Under the pieces are notes generated by a model, which was not told where the DNA came from, made no database searches, and was given only the letters and a program-made list of their open reading frames with translations. The position numbers and the translations under genes are program-made. From Candidatus Krumholzibacteriia bacterium (GTDB lineage Bacteria; Krumholzibacteriota; Krumholzibacteriia; JAJRXK01), in NCBI GenBank assembly GCA_041484665.1, contig JBGPIA010000002.1, forward strand, positions 320,001 to 384,000: 64,000 nucleotides of DNA. Reading direction: 5' to 3'. Positions 48,561 through 58,220 of the stretch are shown here, one piece after another; the first letter of the stretch is position 1; every line of letters begins with the position of its first letter.

Positions 48561-49639
48561 GGCAGCGTGCGGAAGCTCTCGGCCACCGCGATGGCCTCGC
48601 GCATCCAGGGATGCTTGTCCATCCCCGGGCAGAAGACCAGGGCATTGATGGCGTACAGGCGCCGGCGTTGCGCATCGTAGACGAAGAACGTGCGGAACGG
48701 ACCCCCGCCCTCGCCCCCTTCGGATTCCCAGAAGCCCGCAAGCGTGAGCGTCGAGTCGCCGCGGAAATCCGCCCGTGCCCAGGTCAGGCCGCCCGCCTCC
48801 TGCAGACGCTCCTGCAGCAGCGCGGCCCCCAGCCGCCGCCGCAGCGCGAGCAGCGCGTCGCGATCCTGGAGGACCGCGGGGTCCGGCGCCGCCGTGTAGA
48901 ACACCGCGACCGTGCGCGTGGGATCCACCGCCGCAATCTCCACGCCCCCCTCCTGCGGGCCAAGCGTGGAGCGCGTCGGCCGGTAGGCAGCCGGCACGCC
49001 GAGCTGGAATCCCCCCTGCCGCTCCATGCGCGCCTCGACCGAGGCGCGGTGTCCCGCCGATAGCAGGCGCACGCGGATGCGCGCGCGACTGCTCCGCTCG
49101 AGGTCGTCCCGCAGAGCCGGGGCAGCGCGCTCCACCGCCTGCGCCATGGCGGTCGCGTCCGTGCCCACCAGGAACACCACGTGTTGGTTGCGCGCGTAGA
49201 CGTCCTCGCGCACGGCACGCTGGAGCCGGCCGTTCGCCAGGCTGGGCAATCGCCTGCCGGCGGTCCAGCGCCGCAGCTCGCGGGAGCCCGCGTCGGTCCC
49301 ATCCACCAGACCGAGCACGACCACATTCTTGTAGAGGGAGGCTCTGCCGAGCTGCCCGAGGGGCAGCGGATCGACCCGGAAGAGCGGTTCGGGCTGCAGG
49401 GAGGTGGCAGCGTCGACCTGCAGGCTGCGCTGCAGCGCCTGCGCGACCGGCGAGAGCGCCGCCGCGTCGAACAGCACGGCGACGTCGGAGTAGGAGCCTG
49501 CGGCAACCGGACCGCCGCTGCAGCCGGTGCAGGCCCACAGGAGCAGCGTCAGGGGCAGCGCGGAAGCGCCGCGCGCAACGTCAACGGCGAGGATCCGTGA
49601 CCGGGAGCGTGTCCGACGCGCTGAGGTTGGAGAGGTCAT
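48557..49639 (-). CDS. DUF4837-like lipoprotein (start uncertain)
   Basis: Lipobox-like WACTG-C, QPEPLF, DVYARNQ, GFWE...GGPF and PGMDK patterns. Confidence 0.65.
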   Translation of the reverse strand: MTSPTSARRTRSRSRILAVDVARGASALPLTLLLWACTGCSGGPVAAGSYSDVAVLFDAAALSPVAQALQRSLQVDAATSLQPEPLFRVDPLPLGQLGRASLYKNVVVLGLVDGTDAGSRELRRWTAGRRLPSLANGRLQRAVREDVYARNQHVVFLVGTDATAMAQAVERAAPALRDDLERSSRARIRVRLLSAGHRASVEARMERQGGFQLGVPAAYRPTRSTLGPQEGGVEIAAVDPTRTVAVFYTAAPDPAVLQDRDALLALRRRLGAALLQERLQEAGGLTWARADFRGDSTLTLAGFWESEGGEGGGPFRTFFVYDAQRRRLYAINALVFCPGMDKHPWMREAIAVAESFRTLP

Positions 49640-50348
49640 GGCCCCCCTGCTCCAGCAGGCGCCGGATCTCCGCATCCTCGCGCTGCAGCTCCTGCCGCCG
49701 CAGCAGCAGCTGTCTGCGGGCAGTGAGGTTCCCGGGATCCAGGAACGCATCGGTCCGCGCCGCGTCGTCGCGCGCCGGCAGAATGACCTGCCCGCTGCTG
49801 ACCACCTGCGGCTGGAAGGACGAATCCTCAACGAACCCCGGCAGATCCGCCGACCGGTCGGAGCGCGACTGTGGCCGCGCCGGCGCGGGCCGGGCCTGCT
49901 CCGCACGTCCGCCTCCGCCCGGCGCGGGCGATTGCTGCGCGACCCGCGGAGTATCGGAGTTTGTCACCTTGCCCGCCGAAGGGTCAAGGCCGCCGGGCAG
50001 CGATGTGCGCCCCAGGATCCACGCGCCGCCCACGAGCACGACCACTGCGGCCACCACCAATGCGCTGGCGCCTACGGGCAGCCAGAAGCGCTGGCGCGGC
50101 GGCGATTCGCGGCGGGCCGCTGCCTCGCGCAGGGCCTGCTGGATCTTCAGCTGCACCTTCCACTCGAAATTCACGGCGGGCGCCGCCAGGTGGGAGCGCA
50201 GCAGCTCGTGACCTTGCGCGAGCTGCGACTGGTACTGCACGCAGTCCGCGCACGACGCCAGGTGGCGCGCCAGGCCGGCTCGCTCGTACTCGGCGAGCGT
50301 CTCGTCCATCGATGTTGAGATGAGCAACCGAACGTCGGAGCACTTCAT
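49581..50348 (-). CDS. Zinc-binding (ZAS/zf-HC2) membrane anti-sigma factor
   Basis: HLASCADC (HxxxCxxC), one TM segment, directly downstream of an ECF sigma. Confidence 0.88.
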   Translation of the reverse strand: MKCSDVRLLISTSMDETLAEYERAGLARHLASCADCVQYQSQLAQGHELLRSHLAAPAVNFEWKVQLKIQQALREAAARRESPPRQRFWLPVGASALVVAAVVVLVGGAWILGRTSLPGGLDPSAGKVTNSDTPRVAQQSPAPGGGGRAEQARPAPARPQSRSDRSADLPGFVEDSSFQPQVVSSGQVILPARDDAARTDAFLDPGNLTARRQLLLRRQELQREDAEIRRLLEQGGHDLSNLSASDTLPVTDPRR

Positions 50349-50377
50349 GATGGCAGCCTCAGGGGTGGGGTCGGGAC

Positions 50378-51067
50378 TCAGACTTCGTCCTCGTCCGCGT
50401 TATGTCCGTTCGCCGGCGGCGCCACGGGCAGCCGCTCGCCGAGCATGGGTACGATGATCTGGCGAAAGTGCCCGCGCGCCCGATTGATCCGGCTGCGCAC
50501 GGTTCCCAGCTTCAGCCCAGTCACCGCCCGGATCTCCTCGTAGCTGAGCTGGTTGACCTCCCGCAGCAGGAACGGGATACGGTACTTCTCGGGAATCCGC
50601 GACGACGCCTCGGCCATCACCCGTTCGAGGTCCCGGCCGACGACCTCCTGCTCGGGGTTGGGGGCCGGATCGGCGATCTCGTGGAGCATCTCCTCACCGT
50701 CCCGATCGTCGCGGAAGAACAGCGAGAGCAGGGGTGGGGTGCGCCGCGCCTGGCGGAAGCGGTTACGGACCAGATTCGTCGCGATGGTGTACAGCCAGGT
50801 GGAGAACCGCGCGATCGTGCGGTACTTGTCCGCGTTCAGATACGCGCGGACGAAGGCGTCCTGGGCGACCTCCTCGGCCACGTCCGGCTGGCCCACCATA
50901 TGGAGGATGAAGTTGTACAACCGCAGCTTGTAGCGGGTGACCAGGATGTCGTAGCACGCCTTCTCGCCCGCCTGGACCCGGAGCATGAGCTCCTCATCGC
51001 TGAGGTCCTCACGGCGCACAGGGCGGCGCTCCGGGTCCAGCGGTGTGATGGGGGTCGAACTGCGCAC
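50378..51067 (-). CDS. ECF RNA polymerase sigma factor (RpoE/SigW-like)
   Basis: AEEVAQDAF, FSTWLYTIATN and LSYEEI...GTVRSRINRAR motifs. Confidence 0.93.
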   Translation of the reverse strand: MRSSTPITPLDPERRPVRREDLSDEELMLRVQAGEKACYDILVTRYKLRLYNFILHMVGQPDVAEEVAQDAFVRAYLNADKYRTIARFSTWLYTIATNLVRNRFRQARRTPPLLSLFFRDDRDGEEMLHEIADPAPNPEQEVVGRDLERVMAEASSRIPEKYRIPFLLREVNQLSYEEIRAVTGLKLGTVRSRINRARGHFRQIIVPMLGERLPVAPPANGHNADEDEV

Positions 51068-51105
51068 CTGGACTCCACCTCTTCGGGTTCAGGGCCGGCC
51101 GTTTG

Positions 51106-51131
51106 TACGGCATGGCACGCCGCTGGTTCCC
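51106..51131 (-). promoter_or_regulatory. ECF autoregulatory promoter
   Basis: GGGAAC-N16-CGTA about 40 bp upstream of the sigma start. The layout matches the AAC / CGT ECF consensus. Confidence 0.65.
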
Positions 51132-51133
51132 GC

Positions 51134-51868
51134 TCACGGCCGCCACAGCGGATCGAACAGGGAATCGCCGGGGGCGGGCACGGCCTCGATCTGCCAGCGG
51201 ACCACCGCCCGCGCCGAGAGCTCCGTGCCTTCCACCGACAGCTCGCCGGGCAGCTGTCCGCAGGCCGTCGCCCGCAGATCGGAGAGCCGCGCGGCCATGC
51301 GCCGCACGTGGCCGCCGTGGTCGCGCCAGGCGAGCTCCGTCCAGGCCGGCGGGCCCGCGCCGCCGGGGCGTCCGCGCAGCGCCTTGTCGTCCATCCTTCC
51401 CCGCCATTCCTCGCCGCGGAGCTCCCACTGCGACGCCGACGCGCCCGGCAGGAGCCTCCCGAGCGCCAGCCATACGATCTGGGGGAGGCGGAACCCCGTG
51501 TCCGCCGTCTCAAGCACGCCGGGCTGCTGCCCCAGCATCGTCAGGCTGCCCGTGCGGCGATCGAGCACCATGGCCACGTCGGGGGTCCAGATCAGCACGT
51601 CGTCGCGGGGGCGCCCTTGCAGCTGGTAGCGCAGGTCGGCGCGCAGCCAGCCATCGCTGCGCAGCCAGGCCTCGATGGAAAGCGTCTGCCCCAGGCCCGG
51701 CAGCGGGCCGCGCGCCTCGCCCGTCACGCGCACCGCCCGCAGCGTATCGGCGCACGCCAGCCGCGGGGGCCCATCGACGCCGCTTGGGCGCAGATCGAGT
51801 GCGGGACGGGCGCATGCTGCCAGCAGCGCCACGGCCAGCCACCGCGGCGCGCCCCGCAGCGCGCGCAC
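51134..51868 (-). CDS. Hypothetical lipoprotein (possible LolA/LolB-like or DUF4292-like fold)
   Basis: Lipobox LAA-C, beta-rich sequence, directly downstream of a TPR lipoprotein. Confidence 0.6.
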   Translation of the reverse strand: MRALRGAPRWLAVALLAACARPALDLRPSGVDGPPRLACADTLRAVRVTGEARGPLPGLGQTLSIEAWLRSDGWLRADLRYQLQGRPRDDVLIWTPDVAMVLDRRTGSLTMLGQQPGVLETADTGFRLPQIVWLALGRLLPGASASQWELRGEEWRGRMDDKALRGRPGGAGPPAWTELAWRDHGGHVRRMAARLSDLRATACGQLPGELSVEGTELSARAVVRWQIEAVPAPGDSLFDPLWRP

Positions 51869-51899
51869 GGCGCGGGCCGCCGCCAGCGCGCGGCGCAGC

Positions 51900-53786
51900 C
51901 TACGGACGATCCGGGAGATGGCTGCGGACCTCCTCGACCTTGGACGACAGCCGCGCGCGGTCTGCGCCCACCTTGACGGCGCGCTCGTAGCTGCGCTGGG
52001 CGTCTGCCCAGCGACGCAGCGCCGTCAGCGTGTCGCCCAGGTGCTCGAGGATCGTGGGGTCGTCCGCGAGGCGATTGCTGGCATCGATCAGCTTGCCCAG
52101 GGCGTCGTCGTAGCGCCCGAGGCGATAGTAGACCCAGCCCAGGCTGTCGAGGTAGGCGCCGTTGTCGGGCTCCTTCTCCAGCGCCTTCTGGACGAGCCCC
52201 AGCGCGCGCTCCAGCTCCCAGCCCTGCTCGGCGAGCAGGTAACCGCAGAAGTTGAGGACGTGCGCATCCTCGGGATCGACCTGCACCAGCCGCTCCAGCA
52301 CATCGGCGGCCGCGCGGTAGTCCTTCTGCGCCTCCAGCGCCACGGCGAGGTCGTAGAGCGCGCCCCTGTCCTTGGGGGCGAGCTCCACGGCCCGGCGCAG
52401 GTACACGACCGCGTCGCCCGAACGCCCGCTGCGCCGCAGCAGCGCTCCCAGCAGGTAGTTCTGCCGGAAGCTGGTGGAGTCGGCCAGCCCTCTGGCCTGG
52501 TCCAGCATGCTGTCGAAGTCCTGTTTCTCCGGCGCATCGACCTGCGCCTCGCCACCCAACAGTGCGGGGTGGCGGCGGCTGCGCGCCAGCAGCAGGCTCA
52601 CCAGCGCGTCCCCGCTGCGGGGATCCTGGCGCACGGCGCGGGTCAGCAGCTGCTCGGCCGTCTCGAATTCGCGGCGCTCCAGGGCGATCTCCCCTGCCAT
52701 GCGCAGCACCAGGGGTCCATCGAACCCGTCGCCGAGCAGACGCTGGGCGACGCCCCAGGCTTCGTCGATGCGGTCGGTGCGCACCAGCAGGTCGGTGAGC
52801 AGGAGTTGGCTCTGCCAGCCGAGTTGGCTTGCCTGCTGCAGTGGCATCAGCAGATCGACCGCCTCGCCGTACCGCTCGCGCGCCACGTAGAGCTCCGCCA
52901 ACGCCAGGCGGTGCACGGTTTGCTGTGGCGTGCGTCGGACCAGGTCCTCCAGCAGCGACAGCGCGTCGTCCTGACGCTCGGTGGTACGGAGCCGCTCCAC
53001 CAGCAGCTGCGCGGCGTTCTCGCGCGCGGGATCCTCCGCGAGCGCCTGGCGCAGACGCCGCTCGCCCTCCTGCGCATTTCCAGCGCGCAGCTGGAGCGCG
53101 CCCAGCTGCTCCAGCAGCAGCCCGTCGTTGGGATGGAGCTCCACGAGCTGCTCGAGCACCGCGGCCGCCTCCGTCAGCTGCCCTTTGGAGACCAGCGCCT
53201 GCGCGCGCAGACGCAGCGCGTCTTCGTCCCGCGGGCGGGCGGCCTCCAGTTGCTGCGCCAGCTCCAGGGCGCCGTCGAAGTCGTCCATGGACAGCAGGAT
53301 CTGACCGCGCTGCAGCGCGAGCGAACCATCGTCGGGATGGGCCAGCTGCAGCCGCGCGAGGAGCGCCAGCGCCACGCGCGGCTGCCCCGCGCGCAGGGCA
53401 GACTCGACGGTGCGCTGGCCGACCGCGCGATCGGTGGGGTCCTGCTCGAAGGCGAACTGGTAGTAGGTGAACGCCGCCGCGTGGTCGCCCGCCGCGTCCA
53501 GCGCCCCGGCCAGAAGCAGCGCGGTCGGGACGTTTTCGGGAACTCCGCGGGTGAACCGCCGGGCGGCCGCCGAGTCGGCGGGCGCCGCCGCGGCGGCGGT
53601 GGTCTCGCCGTGCACCGCAGCGCCCGGCCGGTGCGCGGCGGCTCCCGCGCAGCCGGCCGCGAGCAGAGCCAGCGTGGCCAAGGCTACCAGCGCCAACGCG
53701 GCCGCCAGCGCTGCCGCAGGGCACAGCGCGCCGCGCTGGCAGCGGTGCAGGGCCGAGCGGGCCGGGGCATGCCGCGCGCCTCGCAT
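51900..53786 (-). CDS. Multi-TPR lipoprotein
   Basis: Lipobox AAG-C and many TPRs, with C-terminal NFCGY...PDNGAYLDSLGWVYY...EHLGD. Confidence 0.85.
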   Translation of the reverse strand: MRGARHAPARSALHRCQRGALCPAAALAAALALVALATLALLAAGCAGAAAHRPGAAVHGETTAAAAAPADSAAARRFTRGVPENVPTALLLAGALDAAGDHAAAFTYYQFAFEQDPTDRAVGQRTVESALRAGQPRVALALLARLQLAHPDDGSLALQRGQILLSMDDFDGALELAQQLEAARPRDEDALRLRAQALVSKGQLTEAAAVLEQLVELHPNDGLLLEQLGALQLRAGNAQEGERRLRQALAEDPARENAAQLLVERLRTTERQDDALSLLEDLVRRTPQQTVHRLALAELYVARERYGEAVDLLMPLQQASQLGWQSQLLLTDLLVRTDRIDEAWGVAQRLLGDGFDGPLVLRMAGEIALERREFETAEQLLTRAVRQDPRSGDALVSLLLARSRRHPALLGGEAQVDAPEKQDFDSMLDQARGLADSTSFRQNYLLGALLRRSGRSGDAVVYLRRAVELAPKDRGALYDLAVALEAQKDYRAAADVLERLVQVDPEDAHVLNFCGYLLAEQGWELERALGLVQKALEKEPDNGAYLDSLGWVYYRLGRYDDALGKLIDASNRLADDPTILEHLGDTLTALRRWADAQRSYERAVKVGADRARLSSKVEEVRSHLPDRP

Positions 53787-53787
53787 G

Positions 53788-54309
53788 TCAGGAGCCCTTC
53801 CCCGACGCGTCCCTGCCGGTCAGGTCGCAGTCGGTGGGCGGACGGACCAGGATCTGGAGCGCATGGGGCAGCACGTCCGCGATCGCCGCGAGCGTTTGGA
53901 GCGCCGCCTGCGGGCTGCCGGGGAGATTGATCACGAGGGTCGCGTTGCGCGTCACGGCCACACCGCGGCCCAGCGCCGCGAGCGGCGTCTGCTGCGCGCA
54001 GCGCTGGCGCGCCAGCTCCATCAGCCCGGGGACCTGACGGTGGGCCACGCGCAGGGTCGCCTCGGGGGTCAGATCGCGCGGTGCGAGCCCCGTGCCGCCC
54101 GTGGTGACCACCAGGTGGGCGGCGCCGCGGTCGCACAGGTCCGCAAGCAGCCCGGCGACGGGCTCCACGCCGTCGGACACGACGTCCTGGCCCGCGACCG
54201 TGAAGCCCAGCTCGCGCAGGCGCTGGGCGAGCGCGGGACCTGACATATCCTCGCGCGCTCGCGCCGCCGCGCGATCACTCACGGTCACGACCCACGCAGT
54301 GAGGTCCAT
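53788..54309 (-). CDS. mog: Molybdopterin adenylyltransferase (MogA/MoaB family)
   Basis: TVSDR, DMSGP, TTGGTG, RDLTPEAT and NLPGSP motifs. Confidence 0.9.
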   Translation of the reverse strand: MDLTAWVVTVSDRAAARAREDMSGPALAQRLRELGFTVAGQDVVSDGVEPVAGLLADLCDRGAAHLVVTTGGTGLAPRDLTPEATLRVAHRQVPGLMELARQRCAQQTPLAALGRGVAVTRNATLVINLPGSPQAALQTLAAIADVLPHALQILVRPPTDCDLTGRDASGKGS

Positions 54310-54362
54310 GGACTTGGGTCCGGGCAGGGGGGCTGGGGATTGCGGCGGGGAAGCGCAGTCGT

Positions 54363-54851
54363 TCAAGGCTTGCGCTTGCCGCCACTCATGAGCGCCTCAT
54401 AGGCGCGGTCCAGGTGCATCAGCTCCTCCTCGCTCGCGCTCCCGCCCGACTGCAGCACCTGGCTGTACTGCTCCTCGAAATAGCGGCACAGGAACACGTT
54501 CTTCTGCTCGATCTGCTCCTCAAGATAGCGGATCGCCTGGGCGCGCGCCCTCTGGAAGGTCTCGTCCTCGTCCCGGCCGGTCACGTTGTAGACGTAGTCG
54601 CGCAGCAGGCCGCGCCAGTACTCCTCCGTGCGCCCCCCGTTGTCGAAAGCGCAGCCCGGCACGTCGATCAAGAAGCAGTAACCGCGGAAGAAATAGCTGC
54701 AGTAGAGCATTCCCTGCAGGAAATGCCTGCGGTGGCAGGTCTCCCCGCAGGCGGTGAACCCACAGGGGAGCGCGCAGATGTCGCACAGCTCCTCGGGCCG
54801 CGGCCCGTGGATAAAGTGCGTGTTGACAGGCGGTTTGGTGGGCTTGGTCAC
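54363..54851 (-). CDS. Uncharacterised Cys-rich cytoplasmic protein
   Basis: Fills the rnc-mog gap with strong GC3 bias and protein-like composition, and has 9 Cys. Start is GTG 54851 or ATG 54899. Confidence 0.7.
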   Translation of the reverse strand: MTKPTKPPVNTHFIHGPRPEELCDICALPCGFTACGETCHRRHFLQGMLYCSYFFRGYCFLIDVPGCAFDNGGRTEEYWRGLLRDYVYNVTGRDEDETFQRARAQAIRYLEEQIEQKNVFLCRYFEEQYSQVLQSGGSASEEELMHLDRAYEALMSGGKRKP

Positions 54852-54916
54852 GGGCGCTCCCACGGGGTGGAGTTGCCCCGTCGGGGCTGCATGGCCCATG
54901 CCAGCGATCCTGTGGC

Positions 54917-55750
54917 CTACTCCTGGGATGGAGCGAGCGTGTCCGGGAGCTCCTCCAGGCGGGTCAAGGCAGTCTCGGCCGCGCGCTGCTCTGCCTGCTT
55001 CTTGCTCGCTCCGGTGCCCACGCCCAGCACCGTGCCCTTGAGGGTGACCTTCACCGTGAAGCGGCGCGCGTGGTCGGGCCCGGTCGTGTAGCTCACCTTG
55101 TAGCGGGGCGGGATCTTGTAGCGCGCTTGCAGCTTCTCCTGGAGCAGGCTCTTGTAGTTGCGGCGTGTGCGCTCCTGGATCGTCTCGTTGACGTTGACCA
55201 GCACTTGAGTGCGGATCAGCTCCGCCGCGGCCTCCAGTCCCCCGTCGAGGTAGACCGCGCCGATCACGGCCTCCATGGCATCGGCCAGGATCGAGTCGCG
55301 CTTGCGTCCGCCGGTGCCCGCTTCGCTGCGCGACAACAGCAGGTACTCCCCCAGCCCCACGCGCAGGGCGATCTTGCTCAGCGTCGATCCGCACACCAGG
55401 AGCGACTTGATCTTGGTGAGGTCCCCCTCCTCCTTGTCCAGGAAGCGGCGGTACAGGAATTCGTTGACCACCATCCCCAGGACCGAGTCCCCGAGAAACT
55501 CGAGGCGTTCGTTGCTCTCGAGTCGCTCCATGCCGGTGACGTGCACGTGGGAGCGATGGGTGACCGCTTGGCGCAGCAGGTCGGGGTTGCGGAAGCGGTA
55601 GCCCAGCTTCGACTCGAGCGCCGTCTGGCCGGGCATCGTCTGCGGCGGCCGGCGGCCGGGGCGGAGCAAACCAGAGAGGAAGCGTGGCAGCCAGCCGAGG
55701 CCGACACCCGGAAGCCTGCGTGCGGACATCGGCTGGCTCCCGCTCGTCAT
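54917..55750 (-). CDS. rnc: Ribonuclease III
   Basis: NERLEFLGDSVLG, ADAMEAVIGA and a dsRBD. GGAGGT ribosome-binding site before ATG 55750. Confidence 0.95.
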   Translation of the reverse strand: MTSGSQPMSARRLPGVGLGWLPRFLSGLLRPGRRPPQTMPGQTALESKLGYRFRNPDLLRQAVTHRSHVHVTGMERLESNERLEFLGDSVLGMVVNEFLYRRFLDKEEGDLTKIKSLLVCGSTLSKIALRVGLGEYLLLSRSEAGTGGRKRDSILADAMEAVIGAVYLDGGLEAAAELIRTQVLVNVNETIQERTRRNYKSLLQEKLQARYKIPPRYKVSYTTGPDHARRFTVKVTLKGTVLGVGTGASKKQAEQRAAETALTRLEELPDTLAPSQE

Positions 55751-55782
55751 GCCACCTCCGGAACCGCAACCAAGCGGTGGGC

Positions 55783-57039
55783 TCAGGGCGTGAAGTGTCG
55801 GAGGACCAAAGACACGTTGTGTCCACCGAAGCCGAAGCTGTTGCTCAGGGCGACGTCGACCGGCAGGTCGGCCGCGCGGTTGGCGATGAAGTCCAGGTCA
55901 CAGTCGGGATCGGGCTCGAACTGGTTGATCGTCGGCGGGACCTTGCCGTGCTGGATCGCCAGGGCGCAGATCACCGTCTCGAGCCCGCCGGCGGCGCCCA
56001 GCAGGTGTCCGGTCATGGATTTCGTGGACCCCACCTTGAGACGGTGCGCGTGCTCGCCGAACACCGCCTTGATGGCCTGCACCTCGCCCTTGTCGTTGAG
56101 CGGGGTAGAGGTGCCGTGGGCGTTGATGTACTGGACCTGCGCGGGCTCGACGCTGGCCATCTCCAGCGCCATGCGCATGGCGCGGATTGCGCCCTCCCCA
56201 TCCGCGCACGGTGCGGTGATGTGATACGCGTCGGCGGTCATCCCGAAGCCTGCGACCTCGGCCAGGATATGCGCGCCGCGCGCGACCGCGCTCTCGGCCG
56301 CCTCCAGGACGACGATGCCGGCCCCCTCGCCGATCACGAACCCGTCACGCCCCTTGTCGAACGGGCGGCTGGCGGTCGCGGGGTCGTCATTGCGCGCGGA
56401 GAGCGCCTTCATGCTGGCGAAGCCGGCGATCGCCATGGGCGTGATCGTAGCCTCCGTCCCACCGCACACCACGGCGTCGGCGACGCCGCTGGCGATGAGC
56501 AGCGCCGCATCGGCCACGGCGTTGGCCCCCGAGGCGCAGGCCGACACGGTGCAGTAGTTGGGCCCTTTGAGCCCATGGCGGATGGACACCAGCCCGCCGG
56601 CCATGTCGCCGATCATCATCGGGATGAAGAACGGGCTCACGCGCGATGGTCCGCGCTCCAGCAGCACCCGATGCTGCTCCTCGTAGATGACCATGCCGCC
56701 GATGCCGCTGCCGATGATGACCCCGATCCGGTCGGGCGCATCCAGCGGCAGCTCACTGGTGCGGATCGCCTCCTCGGCCGCCACGACGGCGAACTGGGTG
56801 AAGCGATCCATCTTGCGGGCCTCCTTCACGTCGACGTGGCGCGAAGGATCCCAGTCCTTGACCTCGCAGGCGAAGCGGGTGCGATACCCCTCGGTGTCGA
56901 AGAGGGTGATGGCGCTCGCGCCCGAGCGGCCCTCCAACAGGGCCGCCCAAGTGTCGGGCACGGTGTGCCCGAGCGGTGAGACGACACCGCAGCCCGTGAT
57001 GACGACGCGTCGACCGAACACGCCCGACGTCCTCGGCAA
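55783..57039 (-). CDS. fabF: Beta-ketoacyl-ACP synthase II
   Basis: SACASG, NAHGTST, TGHLLGAAG and NSFGFGG motifs. Confidence 0.95.
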   Translation of the reverse strand: MPRTSGVFGRRVVITGCGVVSPLGHTVPDTWAALLEGRSGASAITLFDTEGYRTRFACEVKDWDPSRHVDVKEARKMDRFTQFAVVAAEEAIRTSELPLDAPDRIGVIIGSGIGGMVIYEEQHRVLLERGPSRVSPFFIPMMIGDMAGGLVSIRHGLKGPNYCTVSACASGANAVADAALLIASGVADAVVCGGTEATITPMAIAGFASMKALSARNDDPATASRPFDKGRDGFVIGEGAGIVVLEAAESAVARGAHILAEVAGFGMTADAYHITAPCADGEGAIRAMRMALEMASVEPAQVQYINAHGTSTPLNDKGEVQAIKAVFGEHAHRLKVGSTKSMTGHLLGAAGGLETVICALAIQHGKVPPTINQFEPDPDCDLDFIANRAADLPVDVALSNSFGFGGHNVSLVLRHFTP

Positions 57040-57042
57040 GGG

Positions 57043-57291
57043 CTAGGCTTTCGACTTCTCGTCCAGGCGGCCCTTCAAGTAGGAGACCGCCTCGCCGACG
57101 GTGCGCATCTTCTCGGCGTCCTCGTCGGGGATGTCGATCTCGAACTTGTCCTCGAAATCCATCACCAGCTCCACCTGGTCGAGGGAATCCGCGCCCAGAT
57201 CGTCGATGAACGACGCCTCGGGCGTGATCTGCTCGGCGTTCACGCCGAGCTTGTCCTCGATGATCTTCTTGACCTCGGCTTCGATCGACAC
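57043..57291 (-). CDS. acpP: Acyl carrier protein
   Basis: DLGADSLD motif and GGAGGT ribosome-binding site. Confidence 0.96.
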   Translation of the reverse strand: MSIEAEVKKIIEDKLGVNAEQITPEASFIDDLGADSLDQVELVMDFEDKFEIDIPDEDAEKMRTVGEAVSYLKGRLDEKSKA

Positions 57292-57395
57292 GATTACAAC
57301 CTCCGCTGCGTTTGCGGGCTCCCCGCGCAGGCTGCCTTGCCCGCTGCCGCACGGTCGGCGGCGGAGCCACAGTTCGCCGGCTCCGCAGGCGCCGG

Positions 57396-58136
57396 TCAGC
57401 CCATCACCATACCGCCATCACAGTTGATGACCTGCCCCGTGAGATAGGCGGCGTCCTCTCCGAGCAGGAATGAAACCACGCCCGCCACGTCGTCGCCCGT
57501 GCCCAATCGTCGGAGGGGGATCCGCTCCGTCAGCTCCTTGATCGCGCTCTCGGGCAACCCGCGCGTCATCGCCGTGTCGATCAACCCGGGGGCGACGGCA
57601 TTCACCGTCACCGCGCGCCCGGCTAGCTCGCGCGCCACCGACATGGTCAGCCCGATCAGGCCAGCCTTGCTCGCCGCGTAGTTGGCCTGGCCCGCGTTGC
57701 CGGTCTGCCCAATCACCGACGTTACGTTGACGATCCGTCCTCCCCGCGCGCGCATCATGATCGGCGCTACGGCGCGGATGAAATTGAACGCACCATCGAG
57801 ATTCGTCCGCAGGACCTCACGCCACTGCTCGTGCGTCATGCGTACCAGCAGCGCGTCGCGCGCAACGCCGGCGTTGTTCACCAGCGCGTCGACCCGCCCA
57901 AAGCGCGCGAGGACCATCTCGACGGTCTGGCCCGCCGCCTGCGGGTCGCCCACATCGCAGGCATAGACCTCGACGGTTCCCTGGGCAGCCGGGAGACTGT
58001 GGGCCACCTCGGCCAGCGCGTCTGCGCGGCGCGCCACCAGCGCGAGGCCCCACCCCTCCCGTGCCAGGCGGGCCGCGATGGCGGAGCCGATCCCCTGGCT
58101 CGCCCCGGTCACGATGGCGAGCCTGCCGCCCGGCAT
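57396..58136 (-). CDS. fabG: 3-oxoacyl-ACP reductase
   Basis: [24 protein letters not shown]; within the fab cluster. Confidence 0.94.
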   Translation of the reverse strand: MPGGRLAIVTGASQGIGSAIAARLAREGWGLALVARRADALAEVAHSLPAAQGTVEVYACDVGDPQAAGQTVEMVLARFGRVDALVNNAGVARDALLVRMTHEQWREVLRTNLDGAFNFIRAVAPIMMRARGGRIVNVTSVIGQTGNAGQANYAASKAGLIGLTMSVARELAGRAVTVNAVAPGLIDTAMTRGLPESAIKELTERIPLRRLGTGDDVAGVVSFLLGEDAAYLTGQVINCDGGMVMG

Positions 58137-58220
58137 CCCTGGCACCCTGTAACCTTCTAACCCGTTGAAGTCATTGCAGCTGAAGCGACCGCCCGGGCGG
58201 CCCCCCCGCTGCGCCCATTG

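Noticed and set aside
51113..51128. TGGCACG as a sigma-54 site (also near 61012)
   Set aside because: There is no GC at -12 and it faces away from the local genes. These regions are better explained by minus-strand ECF and sigma-70 promoters.
54730..54750. CGETCH in the Cys-rich protein as a heme c site
   Set aside because: The spacing is Cx3CH rather than CxxCH, and there is no export signal.
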